The notes below the pieces were generated by a model. The model worked only from the letters and a program-made list of their open reading frames with translations, was not told the DNA's origin and did no database searches. The position numbers were made by a program, and so were the translations under genes. A DNA stretch of 64,000 bases from an uncultured Actinomycetes bacterium. Its GTDB lineage: Bacteria; Actinomycetota; UBA4738; HRBIN12. Each line of letters starts with the position of its first letter. Position 1 is the stretch's first letter. Where the stretch lies: positions 1,664,001-1,728,000 of the forward strand of contig OY969934.1 in assembly GCA_963704725.1 (NCBI GenBank), in the 5' to 3' direction. Shown here in pieces: positions 8,310-17,058 of the stretch.

Positions 8310-11300
8310 CTACCCGCGGAGCACGAGGCCGCGGTAGCCGTCGACGAACCCGGCCGTGCGCAGCGCCTGGGCGAAGCGCGAGGTGGATGCCGGCTCGCCG
8401 TCGATGCGGGTGAGCTCGATGCGGCGGATCCGGCCGTCCTTGACGAGCGAGGCGAGCGCGTCGGGCCAGTCGGCGTCCGCGTGTTCCGCGAACGTGACGA
8501 GCGTCCTCGCCCCGCGCTCCAGGTACACGGCCGGCACGCCGTCGACGAGCACCACGTACGCACCGGCGGCGCGGGCCGGTCGGCCCTCGGCCTCGGGCCA
8601 GGGGAGCGCGGCGCCGTACGGCTGCGCGGGATCCGCGGCGGCCAGTGCCATCACCCGTGTCTCCCGAGGCGGCTCGCGGAGCTCCCGGATCCGCTCGACC
8701 GCGCCCGGCACCGCGAACTGCGCCGCGCCGAGCCCGTCGACGAAGTAGCCGCGCCGCGCCTTGCCCGACTCCTCGAGCGCGCGGAGGACGCCGTACACGC
8801 CGGCGTAGCCACCCGGCGCGCCCTCGCCCAGCACCGCCTCCCGGGTCAGGATCCCGTGGCGCTCGAGCAGCTGGCTCGCTCGCGCGTGCGCCGTCTCGGT
8901 GGGTGAGGGCGCGGGCTCGAGCAGGGGGGCCACGAGGGACCACCGACCGGCGCCCGCCGGCGGCCCCGTCCGGCGGATCGCGCCCGGCCTCGGCCTGGCG
9001 GCGGGGCGCGAGGCCCTGGGCCGCCGTCCCAGGAACGCGCGGAGCGGCGCGAGCGTGTCGTTCGTGACCTCGCCGGTCCACACCAGGTCCCACAGCGCCG
9101 AGAGCACGGCCCGCTCGTCGGCCACGTTCGCGGCCTGGACGAGCTCCGGCCAGAAGGACGCCCCCCGGAGCTCGAGGTGCTCGCGGACGGCCCGGTGGAT
9201 GGGACCGGCGGGGCGCTCCTCGGGCCGAGGCGGCGCGACGAGCCCGAGCCGGTCGCGGAAGGCGATCGCGATGCGGCCGTCGTCCGCGCCGACGCCGCCC
9301 GCGCCCATCCACACCACGTCGCCGCTCGCGCACAGCGCGTCGAGGTCCGCCGGGCGGTAGCCCTGAACGCGACCGGGGAGCACGTCGCTCTCCAGGATCG
9401 AGGCGTGGATCGCGGCGCCCTGGAGCTGCTCGATCGTCTCGACGAGGGCCGTCGTCCCGCTCCGGGGGCGGGTGAGCCCTTGCCACTCGGGGAGGAACCG
9501 GCCGAGCGTGGCCGCGTCCACCGGCTCGACCTCCCGCCGCAGGGCCGCCAGCGACCGGCGGCGGATCGAGCGCAGGACGTCGACGTCGCACCACTCGCGC
9601 TCGATCCCGCCCGGCCGGAACTCGCCGAGCACGATCCGCCCCGCGGCCTCGAGCGAACCGAGGGCGCCCGAGACCCGCTCGGAGCTCGCGCCGAGCCGCT
9701 CCGCGACGTCGCGGGCCAGGAACGGGCCGTGCGTCCGGGCGTAGCGCGCCACGAGACCCTCGAGCGGCGCCGCCACCGGCTCGGCGAAGACCGCCGGCAC
9801 GCCGACCGGCAAAGGGGCGCCGAGCGCGTCCCGGTAGCGGGCGGCGTCCTCGACCGCGACGAGGCGTTCCTCGCCGGCGACGTGCAGCCGGAGGGCGCGC
9901 CCCTCGCGTTCGAGGTCCTCGATCCACGCCGCCGGGTCCGTCGTGGCCCGCGCGCGGATCTCGGCGGCCGCCAGGTCGCCCAGCCGGCGGAGGAGGTCGT
10001 GGACGTCGTCGGCGTTCCGGGCCCGCCGGCCCTCGGCGAGGTGCTGGAGCTCCAGCTCGAGCTCGGCGAGCGCGGCGGCGTCGATGAGCTCGCGCAGGTC
10101 CTCGGCCCCGAGGAGCTCGCGCAGCAGGTCGCGGTCGAGCGCCAGGGCCGCCGCCTTCCGCTCCCCGAGCGGCGCGTCCTCCTCGTACATGTAGACGGCG
10201 ATCCACCGGAACAGCAGCGACTGCGCGAACGGCGACGACCGCTCGGTGTCGACGGGCACGACGCGGATCCGCCGGGCCCGGATGTCCCCGAGCACCTCCT
10301 TGAGGGCCGGCACGTCGAACACGTCGCGCAGGCACTCGCGCGTCGCCTCGAGCAGGATCGGGAACGTAGGGTAGCGCGCGGCGACCTGAAGGAGGTCGGC
10401 GCCCCGCTGGCGCTGCTGCCACAGCGGCGTCCTTCGGCCGGGCGTCCGGCGGGGGAGCAGGAGCGCCCTCGCGGCCGCCTCGCGGAACAGCGTGGTGAAC
10501 AGCGCCGAGCCCGGCAGCTCGCGCACGATGAGCTCCTCGACGTCCTCCGGCTCGAACAGGAGGTCCTCGACGGGGATCCGCTCCTCGGACTCGGGGAGCC
10601 GGATCACGATGCCGTCGTCGCTCCACAGCACCTGCACGTCGGCGTCGAAGCGCTCCGACAGGCTCGACCGGATGGCCATCCCCCACGGGGCGTGGACTCG
10701 CGCGCCGAAGGGCGACAGGACGCAGATGCGGAAGTCGCCGATCTCGTCGCGAAAGCGCTCGACCGTGATCGTCCGGTCGTCGGGGATCGCGCCGGCCGCC
10801 TCGCGCTGGTCCTCCAGGTAGGCGACGAGGTTCTCCGAGGCGAGCCGGTCGAGGCCGAACTCCTCGCGCAGACGGTCCATCGCGCGCTCGTGGGGCGCGG
10901 CCGCGAGCTCGCGGGTGACGGCGCCGATGGCGCGGCCGAGCTCGAGCGGGCGCCCCGGCTTGTCGCCCTTCCAGAACGGCATCTTCCCCGTCTCGCCCGG
11001 CGCCGCCGAGACGATCACGCGGTCGAAGGTGATGTCCTCGATCCGCCAGGCGCTCGCGCCGAGCAGGAACACCTCGCCCCGCCGGCTCTCGTACACCATC
11101 TCCTCGTCGAGCTCGCCCACCCGCCGCTGGTCCTGAGTGAAGACGCCGAACAGCCCCCGGTCCGGGATCGTGCCCCCGCTCGCGATGGCCAGGCGCCCGG
11201 CGCCCTCCCGCGCCCGCACGACGTCCGTGCGCCGGTCCCACACGATGCGGGGCCGGAGCTCGGCGAACTCGTCCGACGGGTACCGCCCGGCAAGCAGGTC

Positions 11301-12698
11301 GAGCACGTTGCGCAGCAGGTCGTCCGAGAGCTCGGCGAAGTTGGCGGCCCGCCGGAGCACCCGCCCCAGCTCGTCGACCGTCCACTCGTCGACGGCGCAC
11401 ATGGCCACGATCTGCTGGGCGAGCACGTCGAGCGGGTTGCGTGGGTACCGCGTCTCCTCGATGAGCCCCTCGAGCATGCGCCGCACCACCACCGCCGACT
11501 CGAGGAGGTCGCCCCGGTACTTGGGGAACAGCTTGCCCCGCGACGGCTCGCCGACCGTGTGGCCGGCGCGGCCGATCCGCTGCAGCCCCCGGGCCACGGA
11601 CCCGGGCGACTCGACCTGTACGACGAGATCCACCGCGCCCATGTCGATGCCGAGCTCGAGCGAGCTGGTCGCGACGATCGCCTTCAGCGTCCCGCGCTTG
11701 AGCCGGTCCTCGATGTCCAGGCGCTGCTCTCGCGCGATCGAGCCGTGGTGGGCGGCGACGAGATCCTCGCCGGCGAGCTCGTTGAGACGGGCCGCCAGCC
11801 GCTCGGCCAGGCGGCGGGCGTTCACGAACACGATCGTCGAGCGGTGGGCCCGGATCAGCTCGAGCAGCCGGGGATGGATGGCCGGCCAGATGCTGGTGCG
11901 CTCCGGCGCGGCCGCGGCCGGACCGGCCGGCGGCTCCTCCGAGATGCGGCCGAGCTCGGACATGTCCTCGACCGGGACGACCACCTCGACCTCCATCGCC
12001 TTGCGATGGCCGGCGTCGACGATCGTGACGGGGCGGGGGCCGCTCTCGGTCTGGCCACCCAGGAACCGGGCGATCTCCTCGAGGGGCCGCTGGGTGGCGG
12101 ACAGCCCGATCCGCTGCGGCGGGCGCGGCGTGATCGACTCGAGCCGCTCGAGCGAGAGCGCGAGGTGCGCGCCGCGCTTGGTGGCGGCGAGCGCGTGGAT
12201 CTCGTCCACGATGACCCACCGAACGCTGCGCAGGATCTCACGGGTCCGGGACGTGAGCATCAGGTAGAGCGACTCCGGGGTCGTGATGAGTACGTCGGGC
12301 GGTCTCGTGGCGATGCGGCGCCGTTCGTTCGCGGCGGTGTCCCCGGTCCGGATGGCCACCGTCGGCGGATGGAAGTCGGTCCCCAGCCGTTCGGCGGCGA
12401 GGCCGATCCCCACAAGGGGCGCCCGCAGGTTCTTCTCGACGTCGACGGCCAACGCGCGCAGCGGCGAGACGTACAGCACGCGGCAGCGTTCGGCGGGCGC
12501 CGGGGGCGGCTCCGCCGTCAGCCGGTCGAGCGCCCACAGGAAGGCCGCGAGCGTCTTGCCCGAGCCCGTGGGCGCGAGGATCAGCGTGTGAGACCCCTCC
12601 GCGATCGCCGGCCACCCGCGCTCCTGAGCCGGCGTCGGTGCGGCGAACGTCGAGTCGAACCAGGCTCGGACCGGCGCGGAGAAGCGATCGAGGGTCAC
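8310..12698 (-). CDS. lhr: Lhr family long SF2 helicase
   Basis: APTGSGKT, DEIH, SAT, HHGS, TSSLELGIDMG, QRIGRAGH, GTIPDRG and long C-terminal winged-helix/glycosylase-like region; start placed at GTG 12698. Confidence 0.95.
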   Translation of the reverse strand: MTLDRFSAPVRAWFDSTFAAPTPAQERGWPAIAEGSHTLILAPTGSGKTLAAFLWALDRLTAEPPPAPAERCRVLYVSPLRALAVDVEKNLRAPLVGIGLAAERLGTDFHPPTVAIRTGDTAANERRRIATRPPDVLITTPESLYLMLTSRTREILRSVRWVIVDEIHALAATKRGAHLALSLERLESITPRPPQRIGLSATQRPLEEIARFLGGQTESGPRPVTIVDAGHRKAMEVEVVVPVEDMSELGRISEEPPAGPAAAAPERTSIWPAIHPRLLELIRAHRSTIVFVNARRLAERLAARLNELAGEDLVAAHHGSIAREQRLDIEDRLKRGTLKAIVATSSLELGIDMGAVDLVVQVESPGSVARGLQRIGRAGHTVGEPSRGKLFPKYRGDLLESAVVVRRMLEGLIEETRYPRNPLDVLAQQIVAMCAVDEWTVDELGRVLRRAANFAELSDDLLRNVLDLLAGRYPSDEFAELRPRIVWDRRTDVVRAREGAGRLAIASGGTIPDRGLFGVFTQDQRRVGELDEEMVYESRRGEVFLLGASAWRIEDITFDRVIVSAAPGETGKMPFWKGDKPGRPLELGRAIGAVTRELAAAPHERAMDRLREEFGLDRLASENLVAYLEDQREAAGAIPDDRTITVERFRDEIGDFRICVLSPFGARVHAPWGMAIRSSLSERFDADVQVLWSDDGIVIRLPESEERIPVEDLLFEPEDVEELIVRELPGSALFTTLFREAAARALLLPRRTPGRRTPLWQQRQRGADLLQVAARYPTFPILLEATRECLRDVFDVPALKEVLGDIRARRIRVVPVDTERSSPFAQSLLFRWIAVYMYEEDAPLGERKAAALALDRDLLRELLGAEDLRELIDAAALAELELELQHLAEGRRARNADDVHDLLRRLGDLAAAEIRARATTDPAAWIEDLEREGRALRLHVAGEERLVAVEDAARYRDALGAPLPVGVPAVFAEPVAAPLEGLVARYARTHGPFLARDVAERLGASSERVSGALGSLEAAGRIVLGEFRPGGIEREWCDVDVLRSIRRRSLAALRREVEPVDAATLGRFLPEWQGLTRPRSGTTALVETIEQLQGAAIHASILESDVLPGRVQGYRPADLDALCASGDVVWMGAGGVGADDGRIAIAFRDRLGLVAPPRPEERPAGPIHRAVREHLELRGASFWPELVQAANVADERAVLSALWDLVWTGEVTNDTLAPLRAFLGRRPRASRPAARPRPGAIRRTGPPAGAGRWSLVAPLLEPAPSPTETAHARASQLLERHGILTREAVLGEGAPGGYAGVYGVLRALEESGKARRGYFVDGLGAAQFAVPGAVERIRELREPPRETRVMALAAADPAQPYGAALPWPEAEGRPARAAGAYVVLVDGVPAVYLERGARTLVTFAEHADADWPDALASLVKDGRIRRIELTRIDGEPASTSRFAQALRTAGFVDGYRGLVLRG

Positions 12699-12704
12699 CG
12701 CCCA

Positions 12705-12726
12705 ACGGTACCGCGGGCCGCGGACA
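12705..12726 (-). promoter_or_regulatory. PafBC/RecA-NDp-like DNA-damage promoter of lhr
   Basis: Minus strand TGTCCG-N10-TACCGT-N6-GTG versus consensus TGTCGG-N10-TANNNT. Confidence 0.65.
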
Positions 12727-12756
12727 CGCACGCCGGCACCATTAGGATGCCCGGCG

Positions 12757-13758
12757 ATGCCCCGTGCCCGCCGAGCGTTCGCGTCCGCCGTCGTCGGCGT
12801 CGCGCTGTGGTCCGCCGCCCCTGCCGTCGCCCAGGAATCACCCTCGCCGGAGCCCTCCGGCGAGCCGCGCGATCAGATCGTGCTGTCCGGCGACGTGATC
12901 GTGCATCGGGGCGAGGACGTGGGCGAGGTGGTCCTGCTGCACGGGACGGTGGCGGTGGCTGGGGTCGTGCACGGCGACGTGGTGGTGGTCGACGGGCGGA
13001 TCGAGGTGACCGGGCAGGTCAGCGGGAGCGTCGTGAGCCTCAACGGCCCGGTCACGGTGGGGCCGAACGCGCAGATCCTCGGCGACGTGATCGGGCGGGA
13101 CCGGATCCGGGTCGCCGAGGGCGCGAGCATCGGCGGGCGCGTCCGAGAGGGGACCGCCTTCACGTTCCGCACGCCGATCGACCTGTTCGGGCCGTTCGCC
13201 ACGTGGCTGGCGGTCGCGGTCTCGACACTGGTGCTCGGGGCCCTGCTCCTGTTGTTCGCGCCCCGCGGGGCCGACGCGGTGTCCGCGGCCGCGCTGGGCT
13301 CGCCGCTGCGGTCCGGGGGGGTCGGGCTCGCGGCGCTGATCGGGCTGCCCGTCCTCGCGGTGGGGGCCCTCGTCTCGATGGTCGGCCTCCCGCTTGGCCT
13401 GGGCCTGCTGCTCGCGCTGGCGTTCCTGTACTCGGTCGGATTCGCGTTCGCGGTCTTCGCCGTCGGTCGCGCGCTGTGGCGGCCGCCACGGACGCGATGG
13501 CTGGCCCTGCTGTTCGGATGGGCGATCGTGGCCGCGGTGTCGGCGATCCCCTTCGTCGGCGGGGTCGTCTGGTTCGTGGGTGCGGTCCTCGGTCTCGGGG
13601 CCACGACGGTGGCCGCGTGGCGGGCCCGGGGGACGGGCGGCCGGCACCGGCCCGGTGGGAAGATGCCCGCGGAGCGGGTCGTCGACGTGACGGAGGAGCC
13701 CACGCCCGAGCCGATGATCACCGAGCGGGCCATGGGGGAGGAGGGGGCCGGGATATGA
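12757..13758 (+). CDS. Membrane protein with exported bactofilin-like beta-helix and multi-TM C-terminus
   Basis: Signal peptide (AVA-Q), repeated GDV/GxV beta-helix units, then about 5 TM helices. Confidence 0.75.
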   Translation: MPRARRAFASAVVGVALWSAAPAVAQESPSPEPSGEPRDQIVLSGDVIVHRGEDVGEVVLLHGTVAVAGVVHGDVVVVDGRIEVTGQVSGSVVSLNGPVTVGPNAQILGDVIGRDRIRVAEGASIGGRVREGTAFTFRTPIDLFGPFATWLAVAVSTLVLGALLLLFAPRGADAVSAAALGSPLRSGGVGLAALIGLPVLAVGALVSMVGLPLGLGLLLALAFLYSVGFAFAVFAVGRALWRPPRTRWLALLFGWAIVAAVSAIPFVGGVVWFVGAVLGLGATTVAAWRARGTGGRHRPGGKMPAERVVDVTEEPTPEPMITERAMGEEGAGI

Positions 13759-14171
13759 GCGAGACCGACGTCGCGCGGCTGCGGGCGATCCCGCTGTTCG
13801 CCGATGCGGAGGACGAGCACCTGGCCCGGATCGCCTCGGTCGCCACCACCTTCGACGTCGGCGCCGGCTACGTGCTCGCCGAGAGGGGTCAGCCCGGCGC
13901 AGGGATGTTCGTGATCCTCGAGGGGACCGTCGAGGTCGACGTGCCGAACTCGAGCCCGGTGACCCTGGGGCCGGGGGAGTTCTTCGGGGAGATGTCCTTG
14001 CTCGCCGACGCCCCGCGGATCGCGCGCGTTCGGGCCACGACGCCGGTCCGAGGGCTCGCCATCGAGCGACGGGCGTTCCTCGACCTGCTCCGAGAGGAGC
14101 CGCGCATCGCGCTGGCGATGCTGCCCGTGCTCGCGGGGCGGCTCGCCCGGCACGAGACCGAGGGCGGCTGA
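13755..14171 (+). CDS. Stand-alone cyclic nucleotide-binding domain protein
   Basis: LRAIPLF...MFVILEGTVEV...LGPGEFFGEMSLL...PRIARVRA; ATGA overlap with upstream gene. Confidence 0.9.
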   Translation: MSETDVARLRAIPLFADAEDEHLARIASVATTFDVGAGYVLAERGQPGAGMFVILEGTVEVDVPNSSPVTLGPGEFFGEMSLLADAPRIARVRATTPVRGLAIERRAFLDLLREEPRIALAMLPVLAGRLARHETEGG

Positions 14172-14175
14172 CCGG

Positions 14176-14622
14176 CTACCGCCGCCGGCGGAGCGCGAAG
14201 AGCCCGACCAGCGCGCCGAACGCCGCCCCGAACGCGGCGGCCTGCGGAGTCGTCATGAACACGCGCGCGCCCTCGTCGATCGTGACCTTCGGAGCGAAGA
14301 CGGCCCCGACGATCCCGCCGCTGCCGACGTGCGCCTCGCCGGCGATCACGGACTGCGTGCCGCCGTTCGCGAGGGACACGTTGCCGCGCGCGATCACCGG
14401 GCCGCATCCGCCGTTCGTGATCGTCACGTCGCCCGAGCACATGACCGGCCCGCATCCGCCCCGCTCGATCGACACGTCGCCGCTCACCATCATGGGACCG
14501 GCGGCGGCCTGTTCCATCCGAACGTTGTGGGCCGACAGCGCTCCCACGAGGGACCGATGCATCGTGACGTCCCCCGCCGCCTCGAGCGTGCCGACCACCC
14601 GCTTGTCCTCCACGTGTTCCAT
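14176..14622 (-). CDS. Hypothetical beta-helix repeat protein with C-terminal membrane anchor
   Basis: ~15-aa repeats (GDVSIERGGCGPVMCS/GDVTITNGGCGPVIAR), C-terminal TM plus RRRR; GGAGG SD. Confidence 0.7.
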   Translation of the reverse strand: MEHVEDKRVVGTLEAAGDVTMHRSLVGALSAHNVRMEQAAAGPMMVSGDVSIERGGCGPVMCSGDVTITNGGCGPVIARGNVSLANGGTQSVIAGEAHVGSGGIVGAVFAPKVTIDEGARVFMTTPQAAAFGAAFGALVGLFALRRRR

Positions 14623-14662
14623 CGAGGTCACCTCCTCCCCCCATGGTAGGTACGCTCGGCCG

Positions 14663-15364
14663 ATGAGCGCGAGCCGGCGGTTCCTGCTGCTCGGCTCGGG
14701 CGAGTTCGAGCCCTGGTCCGAGGAGGTGGAGCGGATCGCGCTCGAGGGCCGGGCCTCCCGGGTGGTCGTCTGCCCCACGGCGAGCGCCCCCGAGGGCGAG
14801 GCCGTGTTCGAGCGGTGGGCGCGGATGGGCCTCGAGCACTACGCGGCGATGGGCGTCGAGGCCGCCGTCGTCCCGCTTCGCTCGCGAGCCGACGCCGACC
14901 GCGACGACGTCGCCCGGTCGATCGACGGCGCTGGGATGGTGTTCTTCTCCGGCGGGAACCCGAGGTTCCTGGCCGACGCGATGCGGGGCACGAGGTTCTG
15001 GGCCGCGCTCGTCGACGCGATCGACGCGGGCGTCGTGTTCGCCGGCTGCAGCGCGGGAGCGATGGTGGCGAGTCGCCGCCCGGGCGCGACGCCGCGGCTC
15101 GGCACGACGTGGGCGAGCGGCCTTGGGCTCGTCCCCGAGGGCTCGTTCGGCGTGCACTGGAACCGGGCCAGGTTCATCCCCGGCATGCGCGGGTTCGTGA
15201 TGGGCCGGGCCCGGGGCGGCTGGTTCGTCGGGATCGACGAGCGCACGGCGATCCTCGGCGACGGCGAGGAGTGGCAGGTGTTCGGGCATGGCACGGCGTC
15301 CCTGCGGCTCGACGGCGTGACGAGCACGTTCCGGTTCGGCCAGCGGTTCTCGACCCCGGCCTGA
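14663..15364 (+). CDS. Peptidase S51/cyanophycinase-like protein (type 1 glutamine amidotransferase-like fold)
   Basis: GSGEF, CPTASAPEG, FSGGNP, GCSAGAM catalytic Ser, VHW, GIDERTA. Confidence 0.85.
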   Translation: MSASRRFLLLGSGEFEPWSEEVERIALEGRASRVVVCPTASAPEGEAVFERWARMGLEHYAAMGVEAAVVPLRSRADADRDDVARSIDGAGMVFFSGGNPRFLADAMRGTRFWAALVDAIDAGVVFAGCSAGAMVASRRPGATPRLGTTWASGLGLVPEGSFGVHWNRARFIPGMRGFVMGRARGGWFVGIDERTAILGDGEEWQVFGHGTASLRLDGVTSTFRFGQRFSTPA

Positions 15365-15404
15365 TGGCTCGCGCCAGGTCCCGCCTCACCTATCCTGTAG
15401 CGAC

Positions 15405-15704
15405 GTGAGCTCGACGCAGGATCTGGCCGTGCCGGAGGATCGGCCGACGTGCTACCTGTGCGGCCGCCCCACCTACGACCCCGACAAGCGCGAGCGGCCG
15501 TGGGTGCGGGCGACCTCGGGTGGCCGGCAGGTGCTCGTCTGTCCCCGGTGCCAGGAGGAACGCCCCGACTGGGCCGTCCAGCTCGATCGGTGCGAGTCCT
15601 GTGGCGCGACACGCCTGTCCGCCATGCTCGGCCAGGTTGTCTGCCGGGCCTGCGGCCACATCCGCGGCGAGCCGGTCGAGCTCTCGTGGCAATCGGGCGC
15701 TTAG
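15405..15704 (+). CDS. Small double zinc-ribbon protein
   Basis: Four CxxC pairs (CYLC, CPRC, CESC, CRAC); high GC3; stop codon lies inside the tRNA. Confidence 0.75.
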   Translation: MSSTQDLAVPEDRPTCYLCGRPTYDPDKRERPWVRATSGGRQVLVCPRCQEERPDWAVQLDRCESCGATRLSAMLGQVVCRACGHIRGEPVELSWQSGA

Positions 15705-15768
15705 CTCAGTTGGTTAGAGCGCTTCCCTTACAAGGAAGAGGCCGGGGGTTCGAGTCCCTCAGCGCCCA
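15695..15768 (+). tRNA. tRNA-Val (anticodon TAC), CCA not encoded
   Basis: Acceptor GGGCGCT/AGCGCCC, D-arm TAGCTCAGTTGGTTAGAGC, anticodon arm CTTCC-CTTACAA-GGAAG, T-loop GTTCGAGTC. Confidence 0.97.
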
Positions 15769-15777
15769 CGAAGGGCG

Positions 15778-16572
15778 TTACGCGCGGCCGCGACGCAGGA
15801 TCGGCCAGCGCTCGCGGAGCCGCTGCAGCATCCGGCCGAGGTTCTCGTCCCGGCGCCACCGGCCGAACGCGATACCGGCGACCGCGAGGACGCCCAACGC
15901 GAGGAAGAACGCGACCTTCTGCCGGAGATCGGTCGAAGCGATCCCGGAAACGCCACCGGCTGAGGGCGTGGAGCCGACCAGCCCCGCGATCGCTTCCGAG
16001 ACCCCCTGGGGGCGGGGATGGAGCTGCGAGCGTCCCGCGGGACCGGTTCCCACCGTGTCCCCTCGTCCCCCGGTCCGCCCCACGTCCGGGAGGAACGCCG
16101 CCAGGAAGCCGTCGCCGGCGGCTGAGATGATGTCGCCGATCGTGGGTCCGGACCCGCTGGACCCGCCCGACCCCGCGCCTCCTGCGCCGCCGGAGCCGCC
16201 GGAGCCGCCGCCGGGCGGGGTCGGACCGGGGGAACCGGGCGCGGGGGCCACGGTGGGGGCCGGAGTCGGCGACGAGGTGTGATGCGGTGGGCCGGTCGGT
16301 CCCGGTCCGGGGCCCGTGGTCCCGGTCGGTCCTGGACCGGTCGGTCCCGTCGGTCCGGGGCCCGTCGGTCCCGTTCCGGGGCCCGTGGGTCCGGTCGGTC
16401 CTGGACCGGTCGGCCCCGTCGGTCCGGGGCCCGTGGGTCCGGTCGGACCCGGGCCTGTGGGGCCCGGCCCTGTGGGGCCCGTGGGGCCGGTCTGGGCCGT
16501 GGCGGTCGTCGCGAACAGGGCGATCGAGATCACCGCGGCGAGCGCGAGGGCGCGGCCCAGCCTCCATCGCAC
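15778..16572 (-). CDS. Secreted, C-terminally anchored Gly-Pro-Thr repeat (collagen-like) surface protein
   Basis: AGGAG-N7-GTG start, signal peptide ending ATA-Q, about 65 aa of GPT/GP repeats, Gly/Ser linker, C-terminal TM and basic tail. Confidence 0.75.
   Translation of the reverse strand: MRWRLGRALALAAVISIALFATTATAQTGPTGPTGPGPTGPGPTGPTGPGPTGPTGPGPTGPTGPGTGPTGPGPTGPTGPGPTGTTGPGPGPTGPPHHTSSPTPAPTVAPAPGSPGPTPPGGGSGGSGGAGGAGSGGSSGSGPTIGDIISAAGDGFLAAFLPDVGRTGGRGDTVGTGPAGRSQLHPRPQGVSEAIAGLVGSTPSAGGVSGIASTDLRQKVAFFLALGVLAVAGIAFGRWRRDENLGRMLQRLRERWPILRRGRA
16289..16491 (-). repeat. Degenerate coding tandem repeat, mostly 24-nt units encoding GPTGPTGP
   Basis: Recurrent ggtccggtcggtcc/gggcccgtggg units. 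Confidence 0.85.
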
Positions 16573-16731
16573 GGAGGGTCTCCTGCCACTCACGCTCGCG
16601 CCGTCTCCCCGCTCCCGAACGGGCACACCCTAGCGGTTCGGAGCGAGAGGCGCCAGGGTGCTCCATCCGGCCTCATCGAGCCGGGACCATCGACCCGGGA
16701 CCGCCCGCACGTCTTCCCTCACCATCGCCCG

Positions 16732-17040
16732 ATGCGCGGGTCGCCCGATCGCATCGGCTACGTTGGCGTGAACGGTTCCGTCGGAACCGTTCATCTGCTG
16801 TCCCACGATCCTGGCGCCGACCTCATCCGCTTCTTCGAGAGGGTCCGGCCGATCCTTCAGCGGGACGAGGTCACCGACATCTGGGTGAGCGGTCACACCC
16901 ACTGCGCGGGCGCGCCCCGATTGATGAACGCGTTCCTCGATACGGTGCGCAAGGAAGCGGAGCGCAGAGGGAAGGCGTTCCTCCTGCGCCCCGCGGCGTG
17001 CTCCTACGCCGGCGAGGACCAGCTCGAGCGATCCGGGTGA
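16732..17040 (+). CDS. Small hypothetical protein, possibly a degenerate STAS-like fold
   Basis: 102 aa MRGSPDRIGYVGVNGSVGTVHL...MNAFLDTVRKEAERRGKAFLLRP; coding-like codon use. Confidence 0.55.
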   Translation: MRGSPDRIGYVGVNGSVGTVHLLSHDPGADLIRFFERVRPILQRDEVTDIWVSGHTHCAGAPRLMNAFLDTVRKEAERRGKAFLLRPAACSYAGEDQLERSG

Positions 17041-17058
17041 GCTGAAGAGGAGTCCGGG

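Noticed and set aside
9177-13754. Very long alternative ORFs (e.g. 9177-14171 +, 8272-12219 -, 30309-33359 +, 19812-22817 +, 45330-47915 -)
   Set aside because: Antisense or off-frame shadows of real genes caused by high GC and few stops; Arg/Pro/Gly-rich with no motifs. Only the 3' portions listed as features are credible.
14663-15364. Calling the S51 protein cyanophycinase cphB
   Set aside because: It lacks the DQHF-x-R-x-R motif and there is no cphA neighbour; left at family level.
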